NCBI GenBank assembly: GCA_963827235.1
Contig: CAWHAE010000009.1
Span: 1,216,001 to 1,280,000, forward strand
Direction of reading: 5' to 3'
Length of the DNA: 64,000 nt
Source of the DNA: an uncultured bacterium
GTDB taxonomy: Bacteria; Chloroflexota; UBA5177; JANWHV01
Shown: piece by piece, positions 39,311 to 49,092 of the stretch
Position numbering within the stretch: position 1 is the stretch's first letter
Layout: each line of letters opens with the position of its first letter
Position numbers and translations under genes: made by a program
The notes under the pieces: generated by a model
Databases searched by the model: none
What the model saw: the letters and a program-made list of their open reading frames with translations, nothing else
Told to the model about the DNA's origin: nothing

Positions 39311-41206
39311 CTGGATACCTGGGTCATAGGGGTCGATCTCGGCGGCACGAAGACTGAAGTCGCGCTCGTGGATCCACGGAACAGGATCGCGGGCCGCCTG
39401 CGCATGGCCACGAACCCTTCGGAGGGTGCCCACAGCATCGTCGAGCGGATTGCCCGGTGCGTCGAGGGCCTGACCGGCCTCTTGCCCATGGACGAGCATA
39501 TCGCCGCGCTCGGCATCTGCTGTCCCGGTCCCGTGGATCAGGAGAGCGGCAACCTGTGTGATCCGCCCAACCTGGCCGGCCTGCACTATGCGCCGCTCCG
39601 TCAGCTGCTCGCGACACGCCTGCAGCTGCCCGTTAGCCTCGAGCACGACGCGAGAGCGGCAGCGCTGGGCGAATTCTACTACGGTTCCGGACGCGGCGAG
39701 CTGAGCATGGTCTATGTCGTGGTCGGTACCGGCGTGGGCGCGGCAATCATCGTCGACGGCAAGCTGTTCCGCGGGCCTTACAACTCCGCTGGTGAGATCG
39801 GCCACGTGGCGCTGGATCGGGACGGCGACATCTGCTCATGCGGCAACCGGGGCTGCGTGGAGACGTTTCTCAGCGGCCCCTGGCTGGCTCGCCGATTCGC
39901 GCGCGCGGCGAACGGCCACGTCACCGATCCCGGCGCGGCGGCGATCACCGGCGAGGCCGTGGTGGAGCTCGCCGGACGGGGAGACGCCTTGGCACGGCGC
40001 GTCATGGACGAGGCCGGCGCGGCACTGGGCACCGCCGTGGCAACCATGTCGATGGTGCTCAGCGTCGATCTCTATGTGATTGGCGGCAGCGTGGCGAAGG
40101 CGGGCGATCTGCTTCTCGAGCCGGCGCGGCGCGAAGTCTCCCGGCACTGCTTCCGATCCGTAAGCTGCGAGATTGGCATCGTGCCGGCTGAGCTCGGCGA
40201 CGACGGCCCCATTCTTGGCTGCGCGTGGCTGGCGCGTCAGCTACGGCATGGGCACGGCGCTCACGGCGGCGGTAGCATGCCGAGACGGCTGACGCACTCC
40301 GAACAGACCCGGCTCGAACAGGTTGAAGGGATGGTATTCGACATCCAGCGTTTCTCGCTGCACGACGGTGCGGGACTGCGCACCAACGTGTTCTTCAAAG
40401 GCTGCGCGATGCGCTGTCCGTGGTGCGCCAACCCCGAATCGCAGCATCGCGAGCCGGAGCTGTGGTATTCGGCGCAGCGGTGTATCGACTGCGGCCAATT
40501 CTCGCCTGCCTGCCGAGACTGCAAAGGACGGAACGGAGCAGCGGTGGGGCTCACCGGAATGCCTGACCGGGTGGCGAGGTGCCCGACCGGCGCGCTCCGG
40601 GTGGTCGGGGAGCGCCGGACCGCGGCGGATATCCTGGCCGAGGTGCTGCGCGACGTGCCTTTCTACGAAGGCGGTGGCGGCATGACGTTGACCGGAGGCG
40701 AGCCGGCATTCCAGCCGCGGCTGGCAGAGGCGCTGCTCCGCCTTGCCAGGCATCATCAGATCGCGACGGCGGTCGAGACGAGCGGGCACACGCGCTGGCG
40801 CGTGGTGGAGCGCCTGCTGCCGTACGTGGACGAAGTACTGTTCGACCTGAAGCACGTGGATGGCGCGATACATCGGGCAGCCACCGGTGTCGATACCGAG
40901 CTGATACTTGCCAATCTGCACCGGTTGGCGACTCTGCACGCGCCACTGACCGTGCGAGTGCCGCTGATTCCCGGCTTCAACACCGACGAAACGAGCCTGA
41001 GCGCAATCGCGGACTGCGTGCGAGCCCTGGATGGACCGCCGAGACCCGTGCACCTGCTACCCTACCACACGCTGGGTCGGGCGAAATACGGTGCCCTCAA
41101 TCGGCAGTATCCATGGGAAGGGCACGATCGCCTGACGGATACGCAAATCGCCGCATGCCGGGCGGTATTCGACTCGTGCGGCCTCTCCGTGAGCGTCGGC
41201 GGCTGA
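39311..41206 (+). CDS. ROK-family sugar kinase fused to glycyl-radical enzyme activase (radical SAM)
   Basis: IGVDLGGT, EHDARAAALGE, GEIGH, CSCGNRGCVE; linker RHGHGAHGGGS; FDIQRFSLHDGAGLRTNVFFKGCAMRCPWCANPES, GGMTLTGGEP, LLPYH; no stop between domains; start inferred at CTG. Confidence 0.85.
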   Translation: MDTWVIGVDLGGTKTEVALVDPRNRIAGRLRMATNPSEGAHSIVERIARCVEGLTGLLPMDEHIAALGICCPGPVDQESGNLCDPPNLAGLHYAPLRQLLATRLQLPVSLEHDARAAALGEFYYGSGRGELSMVYVVVGTGVGAAIIVDGKLFRGPYNSAGEIGHVALDRDGDICSCGNRGCVETFLSGPWLARRFARAANGHVTDPGAAAITGEAVVELAGRGDALARRVMDEAGAALGTAVATMSMVLSVDLYVIGGSVAKAGDLLLEPARREVSRHCFRSVSCEIGIVPAELGDDGPILGCAWLARQLRHGHGAHGGGSMPRRLTHSEQTRLEQVEGMVFDIQRFSLHDGAGLRTNVFFKGCAMRCPWCANPESQHREPELWYSAQRCIDCGQFSPACRDCKGRNGAAVGLTGMPDRVARCPTGALRVVGERRTAADILAEVLRDVPFYEGGGGMTLTGGEPAFQPRLAEALLRLARHHQIATAVETSGHTRWRVVERLLPYVDEVLFDLKHVDGAIHRAATGVDTELILANLHRLATLHAPLTVRVPLIPGFNTDETSLSAIADCVRALDGPPRPVHLLPYHTLGRAKYGALNRQYPWEGHDRLTDTQIAACRAVFDSCGLSVSVGG

Positions 41207-41221
41207 GATGGGAGGTGCAGT

Positions 41222-43669
41222 GTGTCCGTGCTTGTAGGCGAGCTGGGCATTCCGTATTTGCGCCAACACCCGGAGGCCGCCTTTCCCGACGATTCGCAGC
41301 TGGCCGGCGTGGCGTCCGAGCGCTGCGCCCGCCTGAAGACGCGGCTCTTCGCGGGCGAGCGCGAGATCGACTGTGAGCGCGCGCGCCACACCACCGAAGC
41401 CTACCGTGCCACCGAAGGTGAAGCCATGCCCATCCGCCGCGCCAAGATGCTGCTGCATCTCGTCCAGCGGTTGAGCATCGCCATACATCCCGACGAGCTG
41501 ATCGTGGGCAATCGTTCGCTCAAGCCGCGCATGGGCGTGATCGCGCCGGAGGGCGCGGTCGACTGGGTCGACCGGGAGCTCGACATCCTGCCGGCGCGAC
41601 CCCAAGATCGCTTTGCCGTTCGGCCCGAGCAGGTGCGCGAGCTGCGCGAGCAGATCTTCCCGTATTGGCGCGGCCGGACGCTGGAAGACATGGTGGCTGG
41701 GCGTGTGCCGGATGACGTCCGGGCGGCGGTAGAGGCCAAGGCCTTCAGTCTGAACCAGACGGACCACGCGCAGGGGCATATCCTGCCCGACGTTGCCGGC
41801 TGGCTGCGTCTCGGCGTGGGTGGCCTGCGCGCGCGGGTACAGGCGTGCCGGCAGCAACAGGGGGCGCGGCCGGCGGAGCAACAGACCTTCTACGAGGCCG
41901 CGGACATCGCCCTGGACGCGGCTGCCGTGTTGATGCGGCGCTACGGGGAGCTTGCCCGGCAGGAAGCACGGTCGAGCACCTCACCGGCCCGCGAGCAGGA
42001 GTTGTCGCGGATCGCCGAGCACTGCGAGCGGCTCAGCGAGCACCCGGCGCGGAGCTTCCGGGAGGCGCTGCAGGCCGTCTGGTTCCTCTTCGTGCTGCTG
42101 CAGATCGAGTCCAACGCCAGCAGCTTCTCACCAGGCCGCTTCGATCAGTACATGCTGCCGTACCTGGAGGCAGACCTGCAGGCAGGCACGCTGTCGCTGG
42201 CCGAGGCGCAGGAGCTGCTGGAGTGCCTCTGGCTCAAGTTCAACGAAATCGTCTTGCTCCGCAGCAGCGCCAGCGCCCGGTACTTCGCCGGCTTCCCGAT
42301 CGGGTTCAACGTTATCCTGGGCGGCCAGCTGCCCGGAGGGGTCGACGCCACGAACTTTCTCAGCTACATGTGCCTGCGGGCGCAGTCCGACCTCGGTTTA
42401 ACCCAGCCCAACCTATCCGTTCGTGTGTACGATAAGAGCCCACAGGCGTTCCTGCTCGCGGCGGCCCGCGTGATCGGCAAGGGGAGCGGCATGCCGCAGG
42501 TCTTCAACGACGACGTGATCGTTCCCGGGCAGATCAATCGCGGCATCGCACCCGACGATGCCGTGAACTACGCGGTCGTGGGCTGCGTGGAGCTCTCGAC
42601 ACCCGGCAAGGCGCTCGGCTGGAGCGATGCCTCCATGTTCAATCTGACCCGCGTGCTGGAACTGACGCTGTTCGGCGGCAAGGATCCGCGGAGCGGGATC
42701 CAGGCCGGCCTGCCCACGCCGCCCCTCGACGAAATGGGCTCGATGGACGACGTGGAGGAGGCATACGACCGCCAGCTCGTCCGCTTCGTGGACCTGATGG
42801 TAGAGGGCTGCAACGTCGTGGACCGGCTGCACGCGGAGATACTACCGTCGCCGTTCCTGTCCCTGCTGATCGAGGACTGCATCGGGCGTGGCCTGGACGT
42901 GACGGCCGGCGGGGCTACCTACAACTTCAGCGGGGTGCAGGGAGTGCAGATTGCCAATGTGGCCGACAGTCTCGCCGCCGTTCGAGCAGCGGTGTTCGAG
43001 CAGAAGTGGCTGACGGGCTCCGAGCTGCTCACCACGCTGCGGCGCAACTTCCAGGATGACGAGGTGCTGCGCCAGCGCCTGATCAACCGCGTGCCGAAGT
43101 ACGGGAACGACGACGATCGAGTGGACCGGTTGGCGCGGAAGTGGGCGCGGCGCTACTGTGGCCTGGTCGAGCAGCACCCGAACGTGCGCGGGGGCATGTA
43201 TCAGCCGGGCTTCTACACCGTCTCCGCGCACGTGCCCATGGGCGCCAACGTGGGCGCAATGCCGGACGGCCGCCGGTCCGGCGAGCCGCTGGCCGACGGC
43301 GGCATCTCGCCCATGACCGGCCGCGATGAGAAGGGGCCTACGGCCGTGCTGCGGTCGGTCGGCAGCATGGACCTGGCGCTGGCCTCCAACGGCACGCTGC
43401 TGAACATGAAGTTCTCGCCGCAGTTCTTCGATGGAGAGCACGCCACGGCGCAATTCGCGGCGCTGCTGCGTGGCTTCTGCCGCCTGCGCATTCCGCACGT
43501 GCAATTCAACGTCGTCTCGGCCACCACACTGCGTGCAGCCCAGGCGAGCCCTGCCGAGTATCGATCGCTGGTCGTGCGGGTGGCCGGGTACAGCGCGTAC
43601 TTCACCGAGCTGGACAGGGACCTGCAAGACGAGATCATCCGCCGGACCGAATTCGGCCGGCAGATGTGA
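41222..43669 (+). CDS. pflD: Glycyl radical enzyme, PflD-like clade
   Basis: RVAGYSAYF glycyl loop, single-Cys GCVELS; ESNASSFSPGRFDQYM, IVLLRSSASARYFAGFP, YNFSGVQG and YTVSAHVP match E. coli PflD as recalled; GGAGG RBS. Confidence 0.85.
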   Translation: MSVLVGELGIPYLRQHPEAAFPDDSQLAGVASERCARLKTRLFAGEREIDCERARHTTEAYRATEGEAMPIRRAKMLLHLVQRLSIAIHPDELIVGNRSLKPRMGVIAPEGAVDWVDRELDILPARPQDRFAVRPEQVRELREQIFPYWRGRTLEDMVAGRVPDDVRAAVEAKAFSLNQTDHAQGHILPDVAGWLRLGVGGLRARVQACRQQQGARPAEQQTFYEAADIALDAAAVLMRRYGELARQEARSSTSPAREQELSRIAEHCERLSEHPARSFREALQAVWFLFVLLQIESNASSFSPGRFDQYMLPYLEADLQAGTLSLAEAQELLECLWLKFNEIVLLRSSASARYFAGFPIGFNVILGGQLPGGVDATNFLSYMCLRAQSDLGLTQPNLSVRVYDKSPQAFLLAAARVIGKGSGMPQVFNDDVIVPGQINRGIAPDDAVNYAVVGCVELSTPGKALGWSDASMFNLTRVLELTLFGGKDPRSGIQAGLPTPPLDEMGSMDDVEEAYDRQLVRFVDLMVEGCNVVDRLHAEILPSPFLSLLIEDCIGRGLDVTAGGATYNFSGVQGVQIANVADSLAAVRAAVFEQKWLTGSELLTTLRRNFQDDEVLRQRLINRVPKYGNDDDRVDRLARKWARRYCGLVEQHPNVRGGMYQPGFYTVSAHVPMGANVGAMPDGRRSGEPLADGGISPMTGRDEKGPTAVLRSVGSMDLALASNGTLLNMKFSPQFFDGEHATAQFAALLRGFCRLRIPHVQFNVVSATTLRAAQASPAEYRSLVVRVAGYSAYFTELDRDLQDEIIRRTEFGRQM

Positions 43670-43702
43670 GCATATCTACCTGACGGCGGCCGCCGGATGC
43701 AG

Positions 43703-44374
43703 TCACCCGCCCTGGTGCGCGAGATTTGCCACCGCCGAGTTGAACTCGCTCACGCTGCTCGGATGCAGCGTCTGGGAGAACGTGCCGCCGAGAAAGCCGG
43801 TGAAGATCGACCATGGGAGGCCGCTCACGGTGAGCGTGCCATTGTCGTTGCGAATGCCGGTGAACGACATCGAGCTCGAGCTGCCGGTCCCCGTGAAACC
43901 GTAGCTACCGCTGTTGTCGAGGCCGCTGAACTGGAACGACTTCGCGCTGTGGGCTTGGTAGTTATCGGCGGTGAGGATACGCCCTTGCTTGATGAAGCCG
44001 TTCGTCTCCGTCCAGTCCATGTACAGCACGTAGCTGTACTTGTCGATCAGGAATGAGGCGAGGTAGCTGCGGGCGCCGTTGTCGGAAGACGACGGCGTAG
44101 GCTGCGCGGTGGCCGCCCTCTGTAGCTGCTCGATGATCTGCTGTTGCCGAGCCTCCACGGTCTGGGCCGCCACGACGAGCTGCCCCTCGCGCGCCACCTG
44201 GGTGGTCAAGGCGGCAACGCTGCCATCCGTCGCGTTTGCCTGGTGACCGCCGTTCGATCGCATCGACTGCACGAGCGCGAAAGCAAGTCCGATGGTCACG
44301 ACGGTAAGCACGATGCAGAGTGTTCCCAGCGAAAATGCCGGGCTTCGTCGCTTGGATGTATTGACTCTTGACAT
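43703..44374 (-). CDS. Hypothetical single-TM protein with coiled coil and beta-rich extracytoplasmic domain
   Basis: TM LGTLCIVLTVVTIGLAFALV, Gln-rich heptads, Ser/Thr/Gly/aromatic-rich C-terminus; GGAG RBS. Confidence 0.7.
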   Translation of the reverse strand: MSRVNTSKRRSPAFSLGTLCIVLTVVTIGLAFALVQSMRSNGGHQANATDGSVAALTTQVAREGQLVVAAQTVEARQQQIIEQLQRAATAQPTPSSSDNGARSYLASFLIDKYSYVLYMDWTETNGFIKQGRILTADNYQAHSAKSFQFSGLDNSGSYGFTGTGSSSSMSFTGIRNDNGTLTVSGLPWSIFTGFLGGTFSQTLHPSSVSEFNSAVANLAHQGG

Positions 44375-44393
44375 GGGCACTCCCTGGCCGGGC

Positions 44394-45935
44394 TTACGGC
44401 CCCGGACGCGACCCGCGGGGTTCCGCATCGTGACCGGCGCGCGTGGCCGGTCCAGGGTTCACGGCCGCTGCGGTCGCAGCATCGTCGGGCGCGGATCGCT
44501 GCGCGTTGACGAACTCTTGAATCACGACGTGGCAGAGAGCCACGATCGGCACGGCGAAGAAGGCACCGGGCAGGCCGGCCAGCGGCAGTCCGACCAGCGC
44601 CGCTGCCATCGCCTCCAGTGGATGAATGCGAAGATGGTGCGCTTGCAGCCGGGGTCCCACCACGTTGGTGATGATCTGCTCCCCGATCAGCAGCCATGCC
44701 AGGTAGACAATCGGTTTCGGCAAGGGCGTGAAGATGAGGGCGACGGCGAGCGGCGGGATCGGCAGCACTACCGGGCCCAGTACGGGCACCAGCGAGAGCA
44801 GGAAGCTGCTGAAGAAGATCACGATGGCATAGGGAATACCCAGTATGACGGCGCCGGTCGCATCGGCCAGACCGGCAAGCAAGCCGAGCAGGATCTGCGT
44901 GCGCACGTAGCGCCCGAGGATCTCATCCAGGCTGGCCATCGCGCGCACGGCCTGTGGCCGGGACTTGCGTGGTGCGAGGTAGGTGATCCAGCGCGCGAAT
45001 CGAGCACCGTCCTTCAAGAAATAGATGGAGATGATGAAGATCAACACGACGTCGAGCAGCAGGTTTCCTGCCTGCAGGCCGATGTTGACCGCGTTGTTGA
45101 GCAGGGACGATATCTGATCGTTGATCGACTTCAACACCTGGCTGAACTTGTCGTGAAGATCCGCCGAGACGCCGCGCTGGTCGAGGTCGGCCTGGAGATT
45201 GAGCAGGAGCAGCGGTGTGGATGCCGCCTTCTGGTAGGTAGTATTGGCCTGGTTGAGCGCCTGGTCTGCCTGCAGGCGAAAGTGCGCGAGCCAGGCCGAG
45301 CTGAGCGCGGATTGAGCCGATCCGTAGGCGGCTTGCACCTGGCGAGCACTTGCCAGGATGGGATTGGCATAGCTGGGGGGGATGGCCACCACGCCGTCCG
45401 GAGTCTGGTCCACCGTGAGTACCGATGCGTCGTGCACGAGCGTCGCCAGCGCCGACTCTGTGCTCCGGATTTGGTCGATGGAGACCGGGTGGCTGACGGC
45501 AATGGCGCTCTGCTGGGCGCTGACGTTCGTGAGCACCGCCGCATAGTCGTTCTTTACCGCGACGAGACGCACGAGGCTGCTCTTTGCAGGGTTTTCCAGA
45601 TTCTTGATCAGATCCTTGGCTTCGGACACGAACGGGGTCAGGAGCAGAAAGCCGAAGCCCAGGGCGCAGGCAAACAGCAGGATGTAGGCACCGATCACGG
45701 CCGCCCAGTGCTTGCGCACCACGTGCTGGAGCAGGCGCACGGCGGGCGCCATAAGGTAGGCCAGCAGCGCCCCGATCAGGAACATGTAGAGCACCGCTCG
45801 GAAGCGATCGAACAAGCCGAGCACGTCGCTCAGCAGCCCAAGCAGGGTCTGGGCGATCAGCAACACGGCCAGGACGATCAGTACGCGAATGAGGAGGCCG
45901 AGATTCTGCGGTTGATCCGGTTCCAACAGGTGCAA
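44394..45935 (-). CDS. AI-2E (PerM) family transporter with large soluble insertion
   Basis: [39 protein letters not shown]; AGGAGGA RBS. Confidence 0.88.
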   Translation of the reverse strand: MHLLEPDQPQNLGLLIRVLIVLAVLLIAQTLLGLLSDVLGLFDRFRAVLYMFLIGALLAYLMAPAVRLLQHVVRKHWAAVIGAYILLFACALGFGFLLLTPFVSEAKDLIKNLENPAKSSLVRLVAVKNDYAAVLTNVSAQQSAIAVSHPVSIDQIRSTESALATLVHDASVLTVDQTPDGVVAIPPSYANPILASARQVQAAYGSAQSALSSAWLAHFRLQADQALNQANTTYQKAASTPLLLLNLQADLDQRGVSADLHDKFSQVLKSINDQISSLLNNAVNIGLQAGNLLLDVVLIFIISIYFLKDGARFARWITYLAPRKSRPQAVRAMASLDEILGRYVRTQILLGLLAGLADATGAVILGIPYAIVIFFSSFLLSLVPVLGPVVLPIPPLAVALIFTPLPKPIVYLAWLLIGEQIITNVVGPRLQAHHLRIHPLEAMAAALVGLPLAGLPGAFFAVPIVALCHVVIQEFVNAQRSAPDDAATAAAVNPGPATRAGHDAEPRGSRPGP

Positions 45936-46153
45936 CTAACAGTCCTCCTGTAGCCGGTTCCGGCTCATGGCATGCGATCTGCTGCGGCTCCGACCTTCAT
46001 GATATAACGGGAGGGACATTCCGCTCACTGGAGGGATGCGTCCGGGTTTCCCATACACCTGGCTGTGGCCGGGTGGGCGAGACGAGAACGGGTGCCCGGC
46101 CGGAAACGCATGGAGGCGCGCGCTGCAGGCGCAGCGACGGCGAGGAGGCAAGA

Positions 46154-46660
46154 ATGGCGGCTCCAGAGGCCGGCGAGCCCGGGCACGCGCTGGTTGGCGT
46201 GATCATGGGCAGCAAATCGGACTGGGAGACGATGGTGCATGTAACCACGACGCTGTCCGAACTGGGCGTGCCGTACGAGGCACGCGTGGTGAGCGCCCAC
46301 CGGACGCCCGATCTCCTCTTCGCCTATGCGGAAGGGGCCGAAGCCAGGGGCATTGAGGTGATCGTGGCCGGGGCCGGCGGAGCGGCGCATCTGCCGGGCA
46401 TGGCGGCCTCCAAGACTGTCCTGCCGGTGCTTGGAGTGCCAGTGCAGAGCAAGGCCCTCAACGGACTCGATTCGCTGCTCTCCATCGTGCAGATGCCGGC
46501 CGGCATCCCGGTAGGCACGCTGGCAATCGGCCGTTCCGGCGCCGTGAACGCGGCACTGCTGGCAGCGGCCATGCTGGGCGGCCGCTACCCCGCCATCCGC
46601 GAGTCGGTGCGGCGCTACAGGCAGGCTCAGACCGAGCGCGTGCTGCAGGAGGTGCTGTAG
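46154..46660 (+). CDS. purE: N5-CAIR mutase
   Basis: [37 protein letters not shown]. Confidence 0.97.
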   Translation: MAAPEAGEPGHALVGVIMGSKSDWETMVHVTTTLSELGVPYEARVVSAHRTPDLLFAYAEGAEARGIEVIVAGAGGAAHLPGMAASKTVLPVLGVPVQSKALNGLDSLLSIVQMPAGIPVGTLAIGRSGAVNAALLAAAMLGGRYPAIRESVRRYRQAQTERVLQEVL

Positions 46661-46662
46661 AC

Positions 46663-47799
46663 GTGCTCACGCCGGGCAGTACTCTGGGCATTCTGGGCGG
46701 CGGCCAGCTCGCCCGCATGACGGCCCTTGCCGCGCGGCCCATGGGCTACAGGGTGGTGGTGCTCGATCCCACGCCCGATTGCCCCGCCGCGCAGGTTGCG
46801 GACGGGCAGATCGTCGGCCGGTTCGACGACCTCGATGCGGCGGCGAAGCTGGCGGAGGCTGCCGACGTGGTGACGCTGGAGTTCGAGAACGTCTCCGCCG
46901 TCACGGTCGGCTACCTCGAGACGCGGCTTCCCGTCCGTCCGCGCGCCATGGTCCTGCACGTGGCCCAGAACCGCCTGCTTGAGAAGCGGTTCCTTCAGGA
47001 GGCCGGCGTTCCCGTCACGCCGTTTGCCGCGGTCCACGACCGCCACACGCTGGCCGCCGCCGTGCTCCAGGTCGGTCTGCCGGCGGTGCTGAAGACGGCC
47101 ACCATGGGGTACGACGGCAAAGGACAGGCCGTGGTTCGCACGGCCGAGGAGGCCGCTGCCGCCTACGAGGCTCTGGCCGGGACCTGCATCCTGGAGCGGC
47201 TCGTGCAGTTCGAGTGCGAGATCAGCGTCGTGGTGGCGCGCGGTGTGGATGGGCAGGTCGTCGCGTACGAGCCCGCGGAGAACGTGCACGTCGACGGCAT
47301 TCTCGATACGTCGATGGTGCCTGCACACGTGCACCCGGACGTCGCGCGCTCGGCGCGCGCGCTCGGTACGCAGGTGGCCGAGGCGCTCGAGCTCACCGGC
47401 GTACTGGCAGTGGAGCTCTTCGTGCGTGCGGACGGCACCCTCCTGGCGAACGAGATCGCTCCTCGCCCGCACAACTCGGCGCACTGGTCGATCGAGGCCT
47501 GTACGGCCAGCCAGTTCGAGCAGCAGACGCGCGTGAGCGCCGGCGCGCCGCCCGCGCCTGCCGATCTCCTGCGGCCCGCCGCGATCGCCAATCTGATGGG
47601 CGATCTCTGGTCCGAAGGCGAGCCGATGTGGGAGCGCTTGCTCGCCCTTCCCGACGTCAAGCTCCATCTCTACGGCAAGCGCGAGGCGAGAGCCGGCCGC
47701 AAGATGGGCCATCTGACGGCGCTGGCAAACAGCCCTCACGCCGCCCGGGAGCGCGTGCTCACCGCCCGCGCGGCCCTGCTTGGCAGGGAGCGGATCTAG
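46663..47799 (+). CDS. purK: N5-CAIR synthase
   Basis: ILGGGQLARM, EFENV, GYDGKGQ, NEIAPRPHNS, YGKREARAGRKMGH. Confidence 0.97.
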   Translation: MLTPGSTLGILGGGQLARMTALAARPMGYRVVVLDPTPDCPAAQVADGQIVGRFDDLDAAAKLAEAADVVTLEFENVSAVTVGYLETRLPVRPRAMVLHVAQNRLLEKRFLQEAGVPVTPFAAVHDRHTLAAAVLQVGLPAVLKTATMGYDGKGQAVVRTAEEAAAAYEALAGTCILERLVQFECEISVVVARGVDGQVVAYEPAENVHVDGILDTSMVPAHVHPDVARSARALGTQVAEALELTGVLAVELFVRADGTLLANEIAPRPHNSAHWSIEACTASQFEQQTRVSAGAPPAPADLLRPAAIANLMGDLWSEGEPMWERLLALPDVKLHLYGKREARAGRKMGHLTALANSPHAARERVLTARAALLGRERI

Positions 47800-47889
47800 C
47801 AGGTTGCCCAATGCCTCCTGCGACGCCGGGCCCCGCCAACCGGGACATGCAGCACGGTGGCCGGGTCCGCGCCTCGAAGAGGTAGCGCG

Positions 47890-49092
47890 CTACAGCTCGA
47901 ACGCCTTGTTGGCGGCGCCCACGATGGCGCCGGCAATGGCCAGCGACGAGGTAGCCGCGGGCGACGGCGCATTGCGCACGTGGATGATGTTCTTCGAGTT
48001 GAGGATCGAGAAGTCGTCCAGCAGCGTGCCGTCAGCGGTGATCGCTTGCGCGCGCACACCCGACGGGCCGAACACGACGTCGTCGCCCGACACTTCGGGA
48101 ACATACGCCTGCATGGCCGCCACGAAGGCGCGCTTGCTGTAATCGCGATACATCTCCGCCAATCCCATGCGCCAGTACTTCTGCGCCATGGCCCGGAATC
48201 CGCTGTAGCTGAGTGACTCGAAGAGGTCGCGCGGATTGGCTTCGTAGCGGCTGTAGCCCTCGCGCTTGAAGGCGAGAACCGCGTTTGGGCCGGCCCACAC
48301 CTGGCCGTCCATGCGAATCGTGAAGTGAACGCCGAGGAAGGGGAAGGCCGGATCCGGCACGGGGTAGATCAGAGAGTTGCAGAGATAGGCCTTTTCGGGC
48401 TTCAGGGTATAGTAGTCGCCGCGGAAGGGCACTATGCGAAGATTATCCGGCGCGCCGGTCTTCCGGGCGATGCGATCGGATTGCAGGCCCGCGCAGGTGA
48501 TCAGGTACTTTGCCCCCACCTCGCCGACCGGCGTCTCCAGCACGAGCGGGCTGCCCTTGATGATGTTGGTCACCTCGTGGCTGGTGCGGATCTCGCCGCC
48601 CGCCTCTTCGACCTTCTTCGCGTAGACCTTCGCCACCTCGACGTAATCGACAATACCGGTCGTGGGCGAGTAGATTGCCTTGATCCCGGTGGCGTGCGGC
48701 TCCAGCTCCTTGATGCGCTCGGGACCGACTATCTCGATACGCGGCACGCCGTTTTTCTGACCTCGCTCGTACAGATCGTTGAGGCGCGGCAGCTCGTTCT
48801 CGTCGAGTGCCACGATGACCTTGCCGCAGAGCTTGTATGGGATGCCGTTCTCGTCGCAGAAGCTGAGCAGCTCGGCCTTGCCTGCCACGCACATACGCGC
48901 CTTGAGGGAGCCGGGCTTGTAGTAGATGCCGGAGTGGAGGACGCCGCTGTTGTGCCCGGACTGGTGCGTGGCGATGCCGTCCTCCTTCTCGAGTATCGCC
49001 AGCTTCAGGTGCGGATGCGCGGCAAGCAGTTTCATTGCCGTCGCGAGGCCCACGATTCCGCCACCCACTATGGCTACGTCATATTGCTGCAT
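47890..49092 (-). CDS. lhgO: L-2-hydroxyglutarate oxidase/dehydrogenase
   Basis: IVGGGIVG, HQSGHNSGVLHSGIYYKPGSLKA, PFLGVHFT, NAPSPAATSSLAI. Confidence 0.93.
   Translation of the reverse strand: MQQYDVAIVGGGIVGLATAMKLLAAHPHLKLAILEKEDGIATHQSGHNSGVLHSGIYYKPGSLKARMCVAGKAELLSFCDENGIPYKLCGKVIVALDENELPRLNDLYERGQKNGVPRIEIVGPERIKELEPHATGIKAIYSPTTGIVDYVEVAKVYAKKVEEAGGEIRTSHEVTNIIKGSPLVLETPVGEVGAKYLITCAGLQSDRIARKTGAPDNLRIVPFRGDYYTLKPEKAYLCNSLIYPVPDPAFPFLGVHFTIRMDGQVWAGPNAVLAFKREGYSRYEANPRDLFESLSYSGFRAMAQKYWRMGLAEMYRDYSKRAFVAAMQAYVPEVSGDDVVFGPSGVRAQAITADGTLLDDFSILNSKNIIHVRNAPSPAATSSLAIAGAIVGAANKAFEL

Noticed and set aside
38285-39805. 506-aa minus-strand ORF
   Set aside because: Shadow of the Gfo and ROK genes
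39311-40240. ROK as a NagC/XylR-type repressor
   Set aside because: No N-terminal HTH; begins directly at the ATP-binding DLGGT motif
41222-43669. Pyruvate formate-lyase (PflB) call
   Set aside because: Single-Cys GCVE loop rather than the adjacent Cys-Cys of true PFL
44292-45953. 553-aa plus-strand ORF
   Set aside because: Shadow of the AI-2E gene
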